Source: Verrucomicrobiota bacterium (GTDB lineage: Bacteria > Verrucomicrobiota > Verrucomicrobiia > Limisphaerales > UBA8199). From it: a stretch of DNA of 64,000 nt. The stretch lies in contig JBDHQH010000005.1 of assembly GCA_039806935.1 (NCBI GenBank), forward strand, positions 4,939-68,938, written 5' to 3'. This document shows positions 44,631-53,955 of the stretch, one piece after another. A program made the position numbers and the translations under genes. The notes beneath the pieces are model-generated. The model had not been told where the DNA came from, ran no database searches, and worked only from the letters and a program-made list of their open reading frames with translations. Positions within the stretch are counted from its first letter, which is position 1, and each line of letters starts with the position of its first letter.

Positions 44631-44697
44631 GAATGGGATGGGCGGCACATTTCGCTCGCCCCGACGGGAGGAGGCGGTTACAACAGAGGCGACAGCG

Positions 44698-45417
44698 ATG
44701 GCCAAACTTGTTTTCGATATCGAGACCTCCGCGCTGCCGCTCGAGCAATTCGATGATGCGCAGCAGGAGTACCTGTTCCGCGAATGCGGCAAAATCCCGG
44801 ACGAAATCGCCCGCGCGGAGCGGCGGGCCGAGATCGGGAGGATGTTCAGCCTCTGGCCGCTCACCGCCCAGGTGGTTTGCATCGCCATGCTGAACGCCGA
44901 AACCTCCCGCGGCCAGGTGCTCTTCATCGCCGAGGATTACGAGGACAACGCCGGCGATGCCGGGCCGGTGGAGTTTGTGCCGTGCGTGGATGAGATCGAG
45001 TTGCTCACCGCCTTCTGGGATGTGGCCCGGCATTATGAGCAGGTGGTCACGTTCAACGGGCGCGGCTTCGACGTGCCCTTCGTCTATCTGCGCTCGGCGG
45101 TGTTAAACGTGCCGATTTCGCGCAAGGACTGGCTGGGGTACCGGTTTCAAACCGAGCCGCATTGCGACCTGGCCGAGCAGCTCACGTTTTACGGTGTCAG
45201 CGGGCGCGAAGGGGCCGCCCGGCGGTTCAACCTCGATTTCTATTGCAAATGCTTCGGGATCGAGTCGCCGAAAGGCCACGGCGTGACCGGACAGGACGTG
45301 AATGACCTGGTGGCCGCGGGGCGCTATCGTGAGATCGCCGAGTATTGCCTGCGGGACGTGCGGGCGACGGTGCTGCTGCACCAGGTCTGGCGGGAGCGGC
45401 TGGCGGGAATCAAATGA
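44698..45417 (+). CDS. RNase H-like 3'-5' exonuclease (PolB-exonuclease-like domain protein)
   Basis: 'LVFDIETSAL' (Exo I DxE), 'VVTFNGRGFDVPF' (Exo II) and 'YCLRDVRAT' (Exo III-like). Confidence 0.72.
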   Translation: MAKLVFDIETSALPLEQFDDAQQEYLFRECGKIPDEIARAERRAEIGRMFSLWPLTAQVVCIAMLNAETSRGQVLFIAEDYEDNAGDAGPVEFVPCVDEIELLTAFWDVARHYEQVVTFNGRGFDVPFVYLRSAVLNVPISRKDWLGYRFQTEPHCDLAEQLTFYGVSGREGAARRFNLDFYCKCFGIESPKGHGVTGQDVNDLVAAGRYREIAEYCLRDVRATVLLHQVWRERLAGIK

Positions 45418-46061
45418 ACGGCGGCCGCCCGAGGGTCCCGACGGTGCTCTTCGCCGTGCCGGAGGAGGCCGCGCCTTTCCGCCGCCGCATGGCCGGCCGG
45501 CCGGACCTCGCCGTCGTGGTCACCGGCATGGGACGGCGGAATGCGTTGCGCGCGCTGGAGCGGCTCTTGAGCGGCCCCGCGCCCGGGCTGATTATGACCT
45601 GCGGCTTTGCCGGAGGGTTGGATCCCGAAGCCGTCCCGGGCTCGTTGTTTTTTGACACCGCGGATCTGGCGCTTGGGGAACGGCTGCGCGCGGCGGGCGC
45701 GCGGCTGGCCCGTTTTCATTGCGCCGAGCGGATCGCGGTCACGGCGGCGGAGAAGGCGGCGCTGCGCCGGCAGACGGGCGCCGACGCGGTGGAGATGGAG
45801 TCCGGCTGGATTCGCGAGGCGTGTTCCCGGGCGGGGGCGCCGAGCGCCACGTTGCGCGTGATTCTGGATCCCGCCCACCAGGATTTGCCGCTGGATTTCA
45901 ACGCGCTGGCGACCCCGGAGCAGCGGATCGATCCGTTGAAACTGGCCGCCGCGATCCTTCGGCGGCCCGGCAAAATCCCCGCTTTGCTGGCGCTCCAACG
46001 CCAGAGCCGGGAGGCAGCCGAGGCGCTGGCGTCGGCGCTCAGCCGGTTTTTTGCTTATTGA
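45414..46061 (+). CDS. nucleoside phosphorylase-family protein (PNP_UDP_1; HpnG-like)
   Basis: ATGA overlap with the exonuclease gene. 'VVVTGMGRRNA', 'CGFAGGL' and 'DAVEMESGWI'. The HpnG-like label rests on the gene neighbourhood. Confidence 0.7.
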   Translation: MNGGRPRVPTVLFAVPEEAAPFRRRMAGRPDLAVVVTGMGRRNALRALERLLSGPAPGLIMTCGFAGGLDPEAVPGSLFFDTADLALGERLRAAGARLARFHCAERIAVTAAEKAALRRQTGADAVEMESGWIREACSRAGAPSATLRVILDPAHQDLPLDFNALATPEQRIDPLKLAAAILRRPGKIPALLALQRQSREAAEALASALSRFFAY

Positions 46062-46486
46062 CTGGCGGGCGGGGCCGCCAGTTCCGAACCAGGCGCCGGA
46101 TCCGTCCGCTGATGCTCGCTATAGGTGATCAGCGCGGCGCCAATCATGATGAACACCACCCCGGCCCACCGCAAAGGCGAGACCCGCTCATGCAGGAACC
46201 AGATGGCGGCGAAGGTGGCGAAGACAAAACTCAGCGCGGTGAGCGGCCAGAGAAAGCTGATGCTGCTTTTGGACATCAAAACCAGGAGACAGGCAAAGAA
46301 GAGCGCCTCGAAGAACACGCCGAGCAGCACCCGCGCATTGGTCGCTCCCGCCTGAAGCACGCGCCACACCTCGCCGGCGCTGACCTGGCGCACCTCGCCG
46401 ACCTGGTTGATGCCCTGTTTGAGCAGCACGATGCCGGTGCTCTCAAACACCAGGCCGACAAGTAAAATCAACAACAATTTGGTCAT
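46055..46486 (-). CDS. small EamA/DMT-like membrane protein (4 TM)
   Basis: 143 aa with four hydrophobic helices. 'RWAGVVFIMIGAALI' is typical of an EamA half-domain. Confidence 0.65.
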   Translation of the reverse strand: MTKLLLILLVGLVFESTGIVLLKQGINQVGEVRQVSAGEVWRVLQAGATNARVLLGVFFEALFFACLLVLMSKSSISFLWPLTALSFVFATFAAIWFLHERVSPLRWAGVVFIMIGAALITYSEHQRTDPAPGSELAAPPASQ

Positions 46487-46493
46487 AGCGGTC

Positions 46494-47345
46494 TCACAGA
46501 TCCTGGTAGCGGATCAGCCCGACACCCGATTCCCGCAGCCGCCGGGCCACCGCCGGACTGATCAAGGCCTCGAATTCATGCCTAAATTCTCGCAGCGATG
46601 GATGCGAGTAAAGCTCCGAGTCGCCGGCGGGAAGCCGCGGCAGCAGCCGCAGCAGGTAGCCTTCGTCCACGCGGGCATTCTGGAGCAGGCCGAACACGGC
46701 GCGGGTATGGCGGATCCCGCGCGCCCGCAGCTCCGGGCGCGCCCGCCGCGCGAGGGCGGAAAAAATCACCGCGTGCGACACCCGGTAGAGCCAATTCCCG
46801 CGCGCCAGCCGCAGATCCAGCCGGAAGGGATCGCGGGTCAGCCGGACGCGGCGGATATCCAGCCTGGCGGCCTCCTCCATCAACAGGCGGAAAATCACCG
46901 GATGCAAATGGAGGTGCAGGTGGCCGTTGACGTGGTCCAGCGGCAGCCCGGTCGCGGCGAACCGCAGCAACTGCGCGCGCAGTTCGGCGCGGAGCTGCTC
47001 GCGCAGGCCGCGCTGGAAGAAATAGCGAAACCCGGCCCCGGCCGGATTCCGGGTGAACTCCCCCGCGCGGTCCACCAGCCCCGGGATGCGTTCCGGCGGC
47101 AGGGCGGAGCGTCCGCAAAGAAACGTCAAATGCAGCCCCACGCCCAGCCGCGGCAACTTCCTGGCCAGCTCGACAGCCTCGGCGCAGCCCGGCTCATTGA
47201 CCATCAGGCTGGCGGTGGTGAGGATGCCTTCGGTATGGGCGCGGAAGACGGCCTGGTTGATTTCGCTCGAGCGGCCGAAATCATCCGCATTCACCACCAG
47301 CCGCCGCGCGGTCGCGGGCTGGGCGGGCGGCGCGGCCTCAGGCAT
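46494..47345 (-). CDS. YdjC/ChbG-family carbohydrate deacetylase (HpnK-like)
   Basis: 'LVVNADDFGRSSEINQAVFRAHTEGILTTASLMVN' and 'VGLHLTF...HVNGHLHLHLHP'. The ATG at 47345 overlaps the upstream stop by 8 nt. Confidence 0.8.
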   Translation of the reverse strand: MPEAAPPAQPATARRLVVNADDFGRSSEINQAVFRAHTEGILTTASLMVNEPGCAEAVELARKLPRLGVGLHLTFLCGRSALPPERIPGLVDRAGEFTRNPAGAGFRYFFQRGLREQLRAELRAQLLRFAATGLPLDHVNGHLHLHLHPVIFRLLMEEAARLDIRRVRLTRDPFRLDLRLARGNWLYRVSHAVIFSALARRARPELRARGIRHTRAVFGLLQNARVDEGYLLRLLPRLPAGDSELYSHPSLREFRHEFEALISPAVARRLRESGVGLIRYQDL

Positions 47346-48204
47346 AGCCGTAATTCGGCTTCCCCGTTTGGAGTGAAATCCGCGTCCAGGTGCGCAGGAT
47401 GAGCGCCAGCTTGCCCAACCCGCCGACGCGCACCGGACGGGGGCCGAACACATCGAAGTGCCGTCGTTTCAACAGGCGCAGCAGCCGCCAATACACCGCC
47501 CCCATTAACTCGGCGGCGATCATCGAGCGCCGATCCACCGCCGGCAGGGCCGCGGCCGCCTGGAGATAGAACTCCTCCGCGCGCCGAGCCACCGCGGCGG
47601 CCGCCTTTTGGAACCGGCCCGAGTAGCGGCAGGCCAGCACCTCGTCCTCGGAGACTTGCTGCCGCGCCAATTCCTCGCCCGGCAGGTAGATGCGCCCCCG
47701 GCGGGCATCGACGCGGACGTCGCGTAAAATGTTGGTCAACTGGAGCGCCTGGCCCAGGCAGGCGGCGTAGCGCCGGCACGCGGGATCGGTGTAGCCGAAG
47801 ATTTCGATGCTCAGCAAGCCCACCACTGAAGCCACCCGGTAGCAATACGTTTCCAGCTCCGCGTAACTGGCGTATCGCCTGATGTCGAGATCCATCTCGA
47901 CGCCCTGGAGCAGTTCCTCGAAGTGTTTGCAGGGCAGATGAAAGCGCCGGATCACGCGCTGGAGTTCGCGGTTCACCGGTTTTTCGGGGGCGCCATCCCA
48001 GGCGCGCCGCAAATCCTGGCGCCACCCGGCCAGCGCGCGGCGGCGTTCGGACTCGGGGATCTGTTCCTCGTCCGCCACATCGTCGATTTCACGGCAAAAG
48101 GCATACAGGGCGGACATCGCGTCGCGTTTCTCGCGCGGCAGCAGGAGGAACGCGAGGGCCAGGTTCGAGGCGCTCTTGCGGGTGATCGCCCGGCTCTCTT
48201 GCAT
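47338..48204 (-). CDS. squalene/phytoene synthase family protein (HpnD/CrtB-like)
   Basis: Asp-rich motifs 'YAFCREIDDVADE' and 'NILRDVRVDARRGRIYLP'. Start taken as ATG 48204 (MQESRAIT...). Confidence 0.85.
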   Translation of the reverse strand: MQESRAITRKSASNLALAFLLLPREKRDAMSALYAFCREIDDVADEEQIPESERRRALAGWRQDLRRAWDGAPEKPVNRELQRVIRRFHLPCKHFEELLQGVEMDLDIRRYASYAELETYCYRVASVVGLLSIEIFGYTDPACRRYAACLGQALQLTNILRDVRVDARRGRIYLPGEELARQQVSEDEVLACRYSGRFQKAAAAVARRAEEFYLQAAAALPAVDRRSMIAAELMGAVYWRLLRLLKRRHFDVFGPRPVRVGGLGKLALILRTWTRISLQTGKPNYGYA

Positions 48205-48206
48205 GC

Positions 48207-48545
48207 TCAGGGAAACGGCTCGACGCGCCGCTCGGAACGGGCGGGCAGCAGCCCTCCGGTTTCGGCCAGCGTCGGGTTGCGCGGACGATGCTCGCGGCGC
48301 CGGCGCCGGCGCCGGCTCTTCCTTTCCGCTTTTTCCCCGGAGGAGGCGCTCCGCGCCGCCGTGGACGCGCGGGGGTAGCGATGCCGCTCGCGTCCCCGCC
48401 GCCGGCGCTTGCGAACGTAGGCCGCCCATAATATCAAAATCAAAGTCACCGCCAGCAGCGCCAGCAGCACAATCATCCCCTCCTGGAGCGTCGGGCTAAG
48501 CCGCGTCAAGGAGCGGGAGGCCATCTCCGCGGGAGTCGATTCCAT
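48207..48545 (-). CDS. small single-pass membrane protein with a poly-arginine cytoplasmic tail
   Basis: TM helix 'MIVLLALLAVTLILILWAAYV', then 'RKRRRRGRERHR...RKSRRRRRRREHRPRNPTLAETGG'. Its stop lies 2 nt before the synthase ATG, and its start lies 36 nt after the regulator stop. Confidence 0.6.
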   Translation of the reverse strand: MESTPAEMASRSLTRLSPTLQEGMIVLLALLAVTLILILWAAYVRKRRRRGRERHRYPRASTAARSASSGEKAERKSRRRRRRREHRPRNPTLAETGGLLPARSERRVEPFP

Positions 48546-48581
48546 ATCAAGCCAACCAATCCAATCCTCAGCCGCGCCCGT

Positions 48582-49991
48582 TTAGTTCGGCGCGGTCTCA
48601 TCCGGACCCTCTCCGGACCCGGTCAAACCCAGGCGCTGCATCCGATAGCGCAGCGCGTGCCGGCTCAACCTCAGTTGATCGGCGGTCTTGGCCAGACTAT
48701 GGCCATTCTGCTCGAGGACTTCCAGAATGAAATTACGCTCATAAGCCGCCATGATTTCATCCAGAGATCCGTCCGGGGCGGCTGCTTTGGCGGCATCGGG
48801 ATGCAGCCGGGACTCCAATTTAAAATCCGGCAGGCTGGCGGGTTGAATCTCGGGCGAGGTCTCGAGAATCAGCGCGCGCTCGATCACGTTGCGCAACTCG
48901 CGGACGTTGCCGGGCCAGTGATGCGCCGCCAGCTTCTGCCGGGCGGCTTTGGCAATGCCGCGGGTGACCTTGTTCATCGAGACGCCGAACTGCCCGAGGA
49001 AGTAATCTGCCAGGAGCTGGGTATCCTCGCCCCGTTCCCGCAAGGGCGGCAGCCGGAGCTGCACCACATTGAGCCGGTGGAACAGATCCTCGCGGAACTG
49101 CCCCTCGGAGATGGCGCGGATGATATCGCGGTTGGTGGCGGCGATCAGCCGGACATCGACCCGGAGCTCCTGGGTGCCGCCCACCCGGGTGAAGGTGCCG
49201 TCTTCGAGAAAGCGCAGCAGCTTGGCTTGCAGCGGGCGGCTCATATCGGCGATCTCGTCCAGAAAGATGGTGCCCTCGTCGGCCTCCTCGACCCGGCCCG
49301 GCTTTTGCCTTAACGCGCCGGTGAAGGCGCCGCGTTCGTGGCCGAACAATTCGCTCTCGAGCAGCGTCTCGGGGATGGCGGCGCAGTTGATGCGGACGTA
49401 GTTGGCCTGGCGTCGCCGCGAAAGCCGGTGCAGCGCTCCGGCCACCAATTCCTTGCCGGTGCCGCTCTCGCCGAGCACCAGCACCCGGGCCCCGGTCGGC
49501 CCGATGGTCTTGATCAACTGGCGCAACTCGGCGATTTGCGGGCATTCGCCGATGATTTGCTCCAGCCGCGCCGCTTCGCCCGCCCGGGCCCGCAGCGTGG
49601 CGTTTTGCTGGATCAATTGATGCCGCTCGGCGCAGCGGCCCACCTCGTGCAACAATTCCTCGGGGGCGAAGGGCTTGGCCAGGTAGCCGATGGCGCCGGC
49701 CTGGATCGCCTCGACCGCCAGCTTCGGGGTCGCAAAGGCGGTGATCATCAAAATCGGCAGGTCCGGCCACTCCGCGCGCGCCTGGCGGACAAACTCGTAC
49801 CCGCTCATGCCGCCGAGCCGCGCGTCGGTGATCACCATGAATACCTCCCCCTCGCGCAGCAACTCGAGCGCCTCCTCGGCCGATTCCGTGGCCCGCACCG
49901 TGTAGCCCTCGTCGCTCAACACCGTGGTGAGCGACAAACGCAGATTCTTTTCGTCATCGACGACGAGCAGCGGAGCGCGCGGCGGGTTCAT
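48582..49991 (-). CDS. sigma54-dependent response regulator (NtrC family: REC + AAA+ + Fis HTH)
   Basis: 'LLVVDDEKNLR', Walker A 'GESGTGKE', 'GAFTGA' and 'ESELFGHERGAFTGA'. C-terminal HTH 'LAKTADQLRLSRHALRYRMQRL'. Confidence 0.92.
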   Translation of the reverse strand: MNPPRAPLLVVDDEKNLRLSLTTVLSDEGYTVRATESAEEALELLREGEVFMVITDARLGGMSGYEFVRQARAEWPDLPILMITAFATPKLAVEAIQAGAIGYLAKPFAPEELLHEVGRCAERHQLIQQNATLRARAGEAARLEQIIGECPQIAELRQLIKTIGPTGARVLVLGESGTGKELVAGALHRLSRRRQANYVRINCAAIPETLLESELFGHERGAFTGALRQKPGRVEEADEGTIFLDEIADMSRPLQAKLLRFLEDGTFTRVGGTQELRVDVRLIAATNRDIIRAISEGQFREDLFHRLNVVQLRLPPLRERGEDTQLLADYFLGQFGVSMNKVTRGIAKAARQKLAAHHWPGNVRELRNVIERALILETSPEIQPASLPDFKLESRLHPDAAKAAAPDGSLDEIMAAYERNFILEVLEQNGHSLAKTADQLRLSRHALRYRMQRLGLTGSGEGPDETAPN

Positions 49992-50056
49992 GAGCTTGCC
50001 GCGTTACGCCAGTCGGCTGCGCCCCGCCGTTTTAGGGGTTGCTCGCGCTGGACTTT

Positions 50057-51717
50057 TCAAGGTTGCCTCGCCAGTTTCATCAGAGTTCTCGCCGGAAAGA
50101 CTAACCGAAAAAGAGCGCCCCGGCCAAGCTCGGATTCGACCCGCACCGTGCCCCCGTAGAGTTCCACCGTGTTCTTCACCGTGGCCAAACCGAGCCCGCT
50201 GCCGCGTGGTTTGGTGGTGTAATAGGCCTGGAAAATCCGCTCGATTTTGTCGGGCGGGACTCCCGGGCCATTGTCGGCGATGACCGCCTCGATCAACGAT
50301 TCCGGCAGCAGCCGGAGGCTCACCGAGACCTCGCCCCCGGCCTCGCCCAGGGCCTCGCGGGCGTTTTGCAGGATATTGATGAAAATCTCCGAGGCGTGCC
50401 GTTTCTGCATCACCAGCGGCGGGAGCGCGGGGGGGTACTGCCGGCGCACCCGAACGGGATAACCCGCGGCGGGCGGGAAGACCCGCTCGATCGCCCGCTC
50501 CATTTCCTCGGTCACGTTCAGCTTCTCGACCTTGCCCTCGGAGAGTTGGGCGTAGCCCATCACTTCGGTGATGATGCGGTCCGCCCGCTCGACCTCCTCC
50601 TGAATCATCCGCACCTTGGCCGGGGCGTCGGCCCGTCCGGCCTCGAGGGCGCGCTGCAACGAAAACGCGGCGGTGTTGATGATGGCCAGCGGGTTCTTGA
50701 TTTGGTGGGCGAATTCGGCGGCAAAACGGCCGGCCGAGCGCAATTGCGCGTCCCGCACGGCGAACTCCCGCGCATCTTCGAGCGCCCGGCGCTGCCGGTC
50801 CAGCAGCACCTGCACGCCATAGGCGCAACTGGTCATCAGCACGAGCAGAATCAACCGCACCGCCAGCGGTTCGGCGTCCCCCTCGGGGCCGGTGAGCATC
50901 AGCGCCTCGAGCCCTTCGTCCGGCGCGCGGGCGGGCGGCGGGCGGGCCTCGAGCCGGAGCGGCGGCAGCGAAAGATTGGTGGTGGTGGGCGGGCCGGTCT
51001 CCGGAACCGGCGCCACCAGCGCCACGCGCGCCTGCCGGCGCATGGCCAGCGCCTGCGTTTGCTGCTCCCAGCTCTGGGCGACATACTCGAAGACGTAAAT
51101 ATTGATGATGCCGGCGATCACGTAGCAGGCGATCAGCGTGAAGTTCAGCGCCAGTTGCGAGGTGCCCCGCGGCACGCTGACCGCGCTGCGCACGATCAAG
51201 CCCAGAAACAGCCAGTACAGAAAACTGTGATACCCCCCCGTCACCAGCGTCAGGGCGGAGAGAAACAAACCGTCCAGCAGGCCGGTGACAAAAACCAGCC
51301 ATTGCACCAGCCCCAGCGGGAGCCTTCGGAGGTTGAACAGCGCCACCGCGAACGCCAGGTTGGCGGCGATATAAAACCAGAGAAAGTACTGCGTCAGCTC
51401 GACGGCGATCTCGAGCTCGCTCACCACCCGTCCGATCCAGGGCGTGAAATAAAACGAATGCAGGAGCATCGCGATCCCCGCCGCCTTGAGCGGCAGGATC
51501 AAGTCCCGCTCCATGGTGATGATCCGGCGCAGGAGCTGCTCCGGCTCGGGCGTGGGCAGATCGACCAGCGCGAGGGCCTGGCGCAGCAGGCGCGCGCCGC
51601 CGGCGCGCAGTCCCGAAACGCGCTGCCGCCGCAACCAGCGCCAGAATTCCACCACCAGCGAACCGCGGGGCGCGGGAGGCGCGGGCGTCGGCGCGGGAGG
51701 TTCGACGGGTTTCGCGT

Positions 51718-51721
<4 letters not shown>
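50057..51721 (-). CDS. sensor histidine kinase with a polytopic N-terminal membrane domain
   Basis: ~6 TM helices. H-box 'FAAEFAHQIKNPL' and the HATPase N/G boxes 'NILQNAREA', 'DNGPGV' and 'GSGLGLA'. The proposed TTG 51721 start overlaps the coaC TGA (TTGA); ATG 51772 and ATG 51514 are alternatives. Confidence 0.82.
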
Positions 51722-52266
<545 letters not shown>

Positions 52267-52273
52267 GCGCCCC

Positions 52274-52939
52274 TCACAATTCCGGCGCCAGCGCCCGGCT
52301 CGAGCGCAGTTTTTCGCTTTCCACAATCGCCAGCATTCGCCGGAGATCCTCCGGAATGCTCGCGCTGATCACCAGATAATCGAAATTCCTCCATTGCGAG
52401 ATCTCCTGCCGCGCGACGCTCAGCCGCTTCTGGATCACCGGCTCCGGATCGGTGCCGCGGCGGCGCAACCGTTCCTCGAGGAGGGCCAGCGAGGGCGGCG
52501 TGATGAAGACCGACACCAGCGCCCGCTTCAACTCCGGCTCCTCCTGCGCCCGCTCGCGAATTGCCGCCGCCCCCTGCACATCGACATTCAGCAGCACGTC
52601 GCTCCCCTGGCGCAGCTTGCCCAGCACTTCCGCCTTCAACGTTCCGTAGCTGTTGCCGTACACCGTCGCGTGCTCGAGGAAATTGCCCGCTTGCACCCGC
52701 TTCAAAAAGGACGCCGCGTCGAGAAAATAATAGTCGATTCCGTCCCGCTCGTCACCGCGCGGCGCCCGCGTCGTGCAGGTGACCGCCCGGGTCATGCCCC
52801 CCCGCGCCCGCAGCAATTGCTGGCAGACGGTCGTCTTGCCGGCGCCGGACGGGGCGGAAATGATCACCAGCAGGGGATTGCCCGCCGGGGCCCGGGCGGC
52901 GGCCTCGCTCTTTCCTTCCTGAGCCGTCGTGAGATTCAT
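52274..52939 (-). CDS. gmk: guanylate kinase
   Basis: P-loop 'ISAPSGAGKTT', 'TTRAPRGDERDGIDYYF' and 'EHATVYGNSYGT'. Confidence 0.9.
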   Translation of the reverse strand: MNLTTAQEGKSEAAARAPAGNPLLVIISAPSGAGKTTVCQQLLRARGGMTRAVTCTTRAPRGDERDGIDYYFLDAASFLKRVQAGNFLEHATVYGNSYGTLKAEVLGKLRQGSDVLLNVDVQGAAAIRERAQEEPELKRALVSVFITPPSLALLEERLRRRGTDPEPVIQKRLSVARQEISQWRNFDYLVISASIPEDLRRMLAIVESEKLRSSRALAPEL

Positions 52940-53821
52940 TTACTCCACATTCTGGGCTTGTTCGCGGAATTTTTCCAACTCCGCTTTCAGCGTCACCACC
53001 TCGCGCGAAATCGCGCTGTCGTTGGCCTTCGCGCCGATGGTGTTCACCTCGCGGTTAATTTCCTGCGCGAGAAAATCGAGGGTGCGCCCCACCGGCTCCG
53101 CCGCCCCCTGGCAGTCCTCGAATTGCTGAAAATGGCTGCGCAACCGCGTGAGTTCCTCGGTGATATCCGAACGATCCGCGAAATAGACCACCTCCTTCAG
53201 CAACCGTTCGTCCTCCGCCGCCGGCAGTTCGAGTCCCGCCGCCCGAATCCGCTCAAGCAGTTGCTCGCGGTAGCGGCGCGCCACCGCGGGCGCCGCCTTC
53301 CGAATCCGCGCCGCCGCCCGCCGCATGAGTTGGACGCGCTTGATCAAATCCTTCCGCAGTGCCGCGCCCTCGCGTTCGCGCATGGCCACGAGTTGCCCCA
53401 GCGCCTCCCGCAACGCCCTCTCGACCGCCGGCCAAAAATCCTTCGTCTCGGCCAGTTGCTCGTCGGTTTGAAACACTCCGGGCGCCTGCACCAAATGGTC
53501 CAGGGTCACCGTGCCCGGGAGATTCAACTGGCGGGCCAGCTTGCTCAACTCCGCCGCGTAGGCTCGGGCCAGTGGCGCGTTCAGGTGCTGCCGCGCCGAA
53601 AACTGCGGCGCGCTGGCGTGCAACGTCACCCGCGCGAGCAAACGGCCGCGCGAGATCTGCCGGTTGATCAGGTCCCGCAGGGAACCCTCGAGCATCTCCA
53701 TTTCGCGAGGCAAATGGATCGAGATCTCGCTTTGCTTCCGGTTCACGGAACTGAGTTCGACGGTGATTTTGAAACCGTCCCGGGAGCACTCCCCGCGCCC
53801 GTAACCCGTCATCGACTTCAT
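52940..53821 (-). CDS. yicC: YicC family stress-induced protein
   Basis: 'MKSMTGYGRG' N-terminus and C-terminal DUF1732 'DITEELTRLRSHFQQF...EINREVNTIGAKAND'. The longer ORF to 54100 crosses a REP copy. Confidence 0.88.
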   Translation of the reverse strand: MKSMTGYGRGECSRDGFKITVELSSVNRKQSEISIHLPREMEMLEGSLRDLINRQISRGRLLARVTLHASAPQFSARQHLNAPLARAYAAELSKLARQLNLPGTVTLDHLVQAPGVFQTDEQLAETKDFWPAVERALREALGQLVAMREREGAALRKDLIKRVQLMRRAAARIRKAAPAVARRYREQLLERIRAAGLELPAAEDERLLKEVVYFADRSDITEELTRLRSHFQQFEDCQGAAEPVGRTLDFLAQEINREVNTIGAKANDSAISREVVTLKAELEKFREQAQNVE

Positions 53822-53871
53822 CCCCGGCAGGGTGCCTGATCCCGCCCGCCATGTCGAATGTCTGTTTGGGG

Positions 53872-53950
53872 GGCAGGGATGTTTCGCCGAAACGTCCTTC
53901 CTTGGACGCGCGGACGCCTCACGCGGATGCCTGGGCCAGGCGTCCCTACC
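53872..53950 (+). repeat. REP-like structured intergenic repeat, copy 3 (full)
   Basis: Aligns with 18361-18441 and contains the hairpins GGATGTTT-CGCCG-AAACGTCC and GGATGCCTG-GGC-CAGGCGTCC. Confidence 0.8.
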
Positions 53951-53955
53951 GACGT

